Origin: a virus
Lineage: Duplodnaviria; Caudoviricetes
IMG/VR virus record: IMGVR_UViG_3300044266_000285
Span: 1-26,971 of that record
Reading direction: 5' to 3' (one strand)
DNA length: 26,971 bases
The position numbers and the translations under genes are program-made. How positions within the stretch are numbered: position 1 is the stretch's first letter; each line of letters opens with the position of its first letter. The notes under the pieces were generated by a model. The model did not search any database. It was not told the DNA's origin and saw only the letters and a program-made list of their open reading frames with translations. Of the stretch, positions 26,384 to 26,971 are shown one piece after another.

Positions 26384-26922
26384 TACAGTGTCTCCCCGCC
26401 TACAGTACGGTTACATGCACACAGTTCGCCAGTCTGCAATGCGTCAAGCACACGTAAGGTTTCTTCTGGTGAGCGACCAACGTTCAAGTTGTTCACAGTC
26501 ACGTGCTGGATTTCGTTGTTGGGGTCAACAATGAATGTTGCACGAAGTGCGGCACCAGCAGGAGCGTAGAACACGCCTAACTGTTCAATCAAGCTCAACT
26601 CACCACGCTGAGTATCAGCGAACTGGTGGTGTGTGATCTTCTTGAGATCGGCGTGAGCATTTTGCCATGCCACCTTGCAGAACTCATTGTCGGTGCTACC
26701 GGTCAACAACACAGCATCACGGTCAGCAAAGTCGCCAGCCAACTTGTCGTATGCTACAATCTCAGTTGGGCACACAAATGTAAAATCTTTTGGATAGTAC
26801 ACAATCACTTTCCACTTACCTTCAAAGCTTTGCTCGGTAATGGTATAGAAAGCGTCTTCGGGTTGTCCGGGCTTGACGCCGGTAATTGCAAATGGTGCTA
26901 GTTTATCGCCTACAGTTTTCAT
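26383..26922 (-). CDS. ahpC: Peroxiredoxin AhpC
   Basis: YPKDFTFVCPTE, RATFIVDP, VGR, ELCACN; AAGGAG RBS; coupled to ahpD. Confidence 0.96.
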   Translation of the reverse strand: MKTVGDKLAPFAITGVKPGQPEDAFYTITEQSFEGKWKVIVYYPKDFTFVCPTEIVAYDKLAGDFADRDAVLLTGSTDNEFCKVAWQNAHADLKKITHHQFADTQRGELSLIEQLGVFYAPAGAALRATFIVDPNNEIQHVTVNNLNVGRSPEETLRVLDALQTGELCACNRTVGGETL

Positions 26923-26971
26923 TGATATACTCCTTGATTAAATGAAAATAAAAAAACATGTCTTGTGAACA

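Overview
This window looks like part of a large (jumbo-type) tailed phage genome; a betaproteobacterial host is inferred from the OmpA type and the porin-glnK-amtB order. At the left, a + strand pair (Gly-rich tail-fibre-like protein and a small partner) ends at a bidirectional terminator, and every other gene is on the - strand. The - strand carries thyX, many short hypothetical genes in promoter-headed modules, a split MoxR AAA+/vWA-metallopeptidase pair, an RNA-repair cluster (phosphoesterase, polynucleotide kinase, RNA ligase, SLOG protein), a CX5R phosphatase, rpoZ, a glutamine amidotransferase and ompA. The right end is a dense host-like nutrient/stress island: ahpC-ahpD, DUF2061, class II aldolase, TerC, Pho-box-pstS, and porin-glnK-amtB. 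The strongest signal is amber (TAG) recoding or gating. There is a 76-nt tRNA with a CUA anticodon at 20424-20499, none of the roughly 65 genes I read ends in TAG, and a gene about 0.8 kb from the tRNA appears to begin ATG-TCG-TAG in frame. All calls come from motif recognition by eye; no database searches were run.
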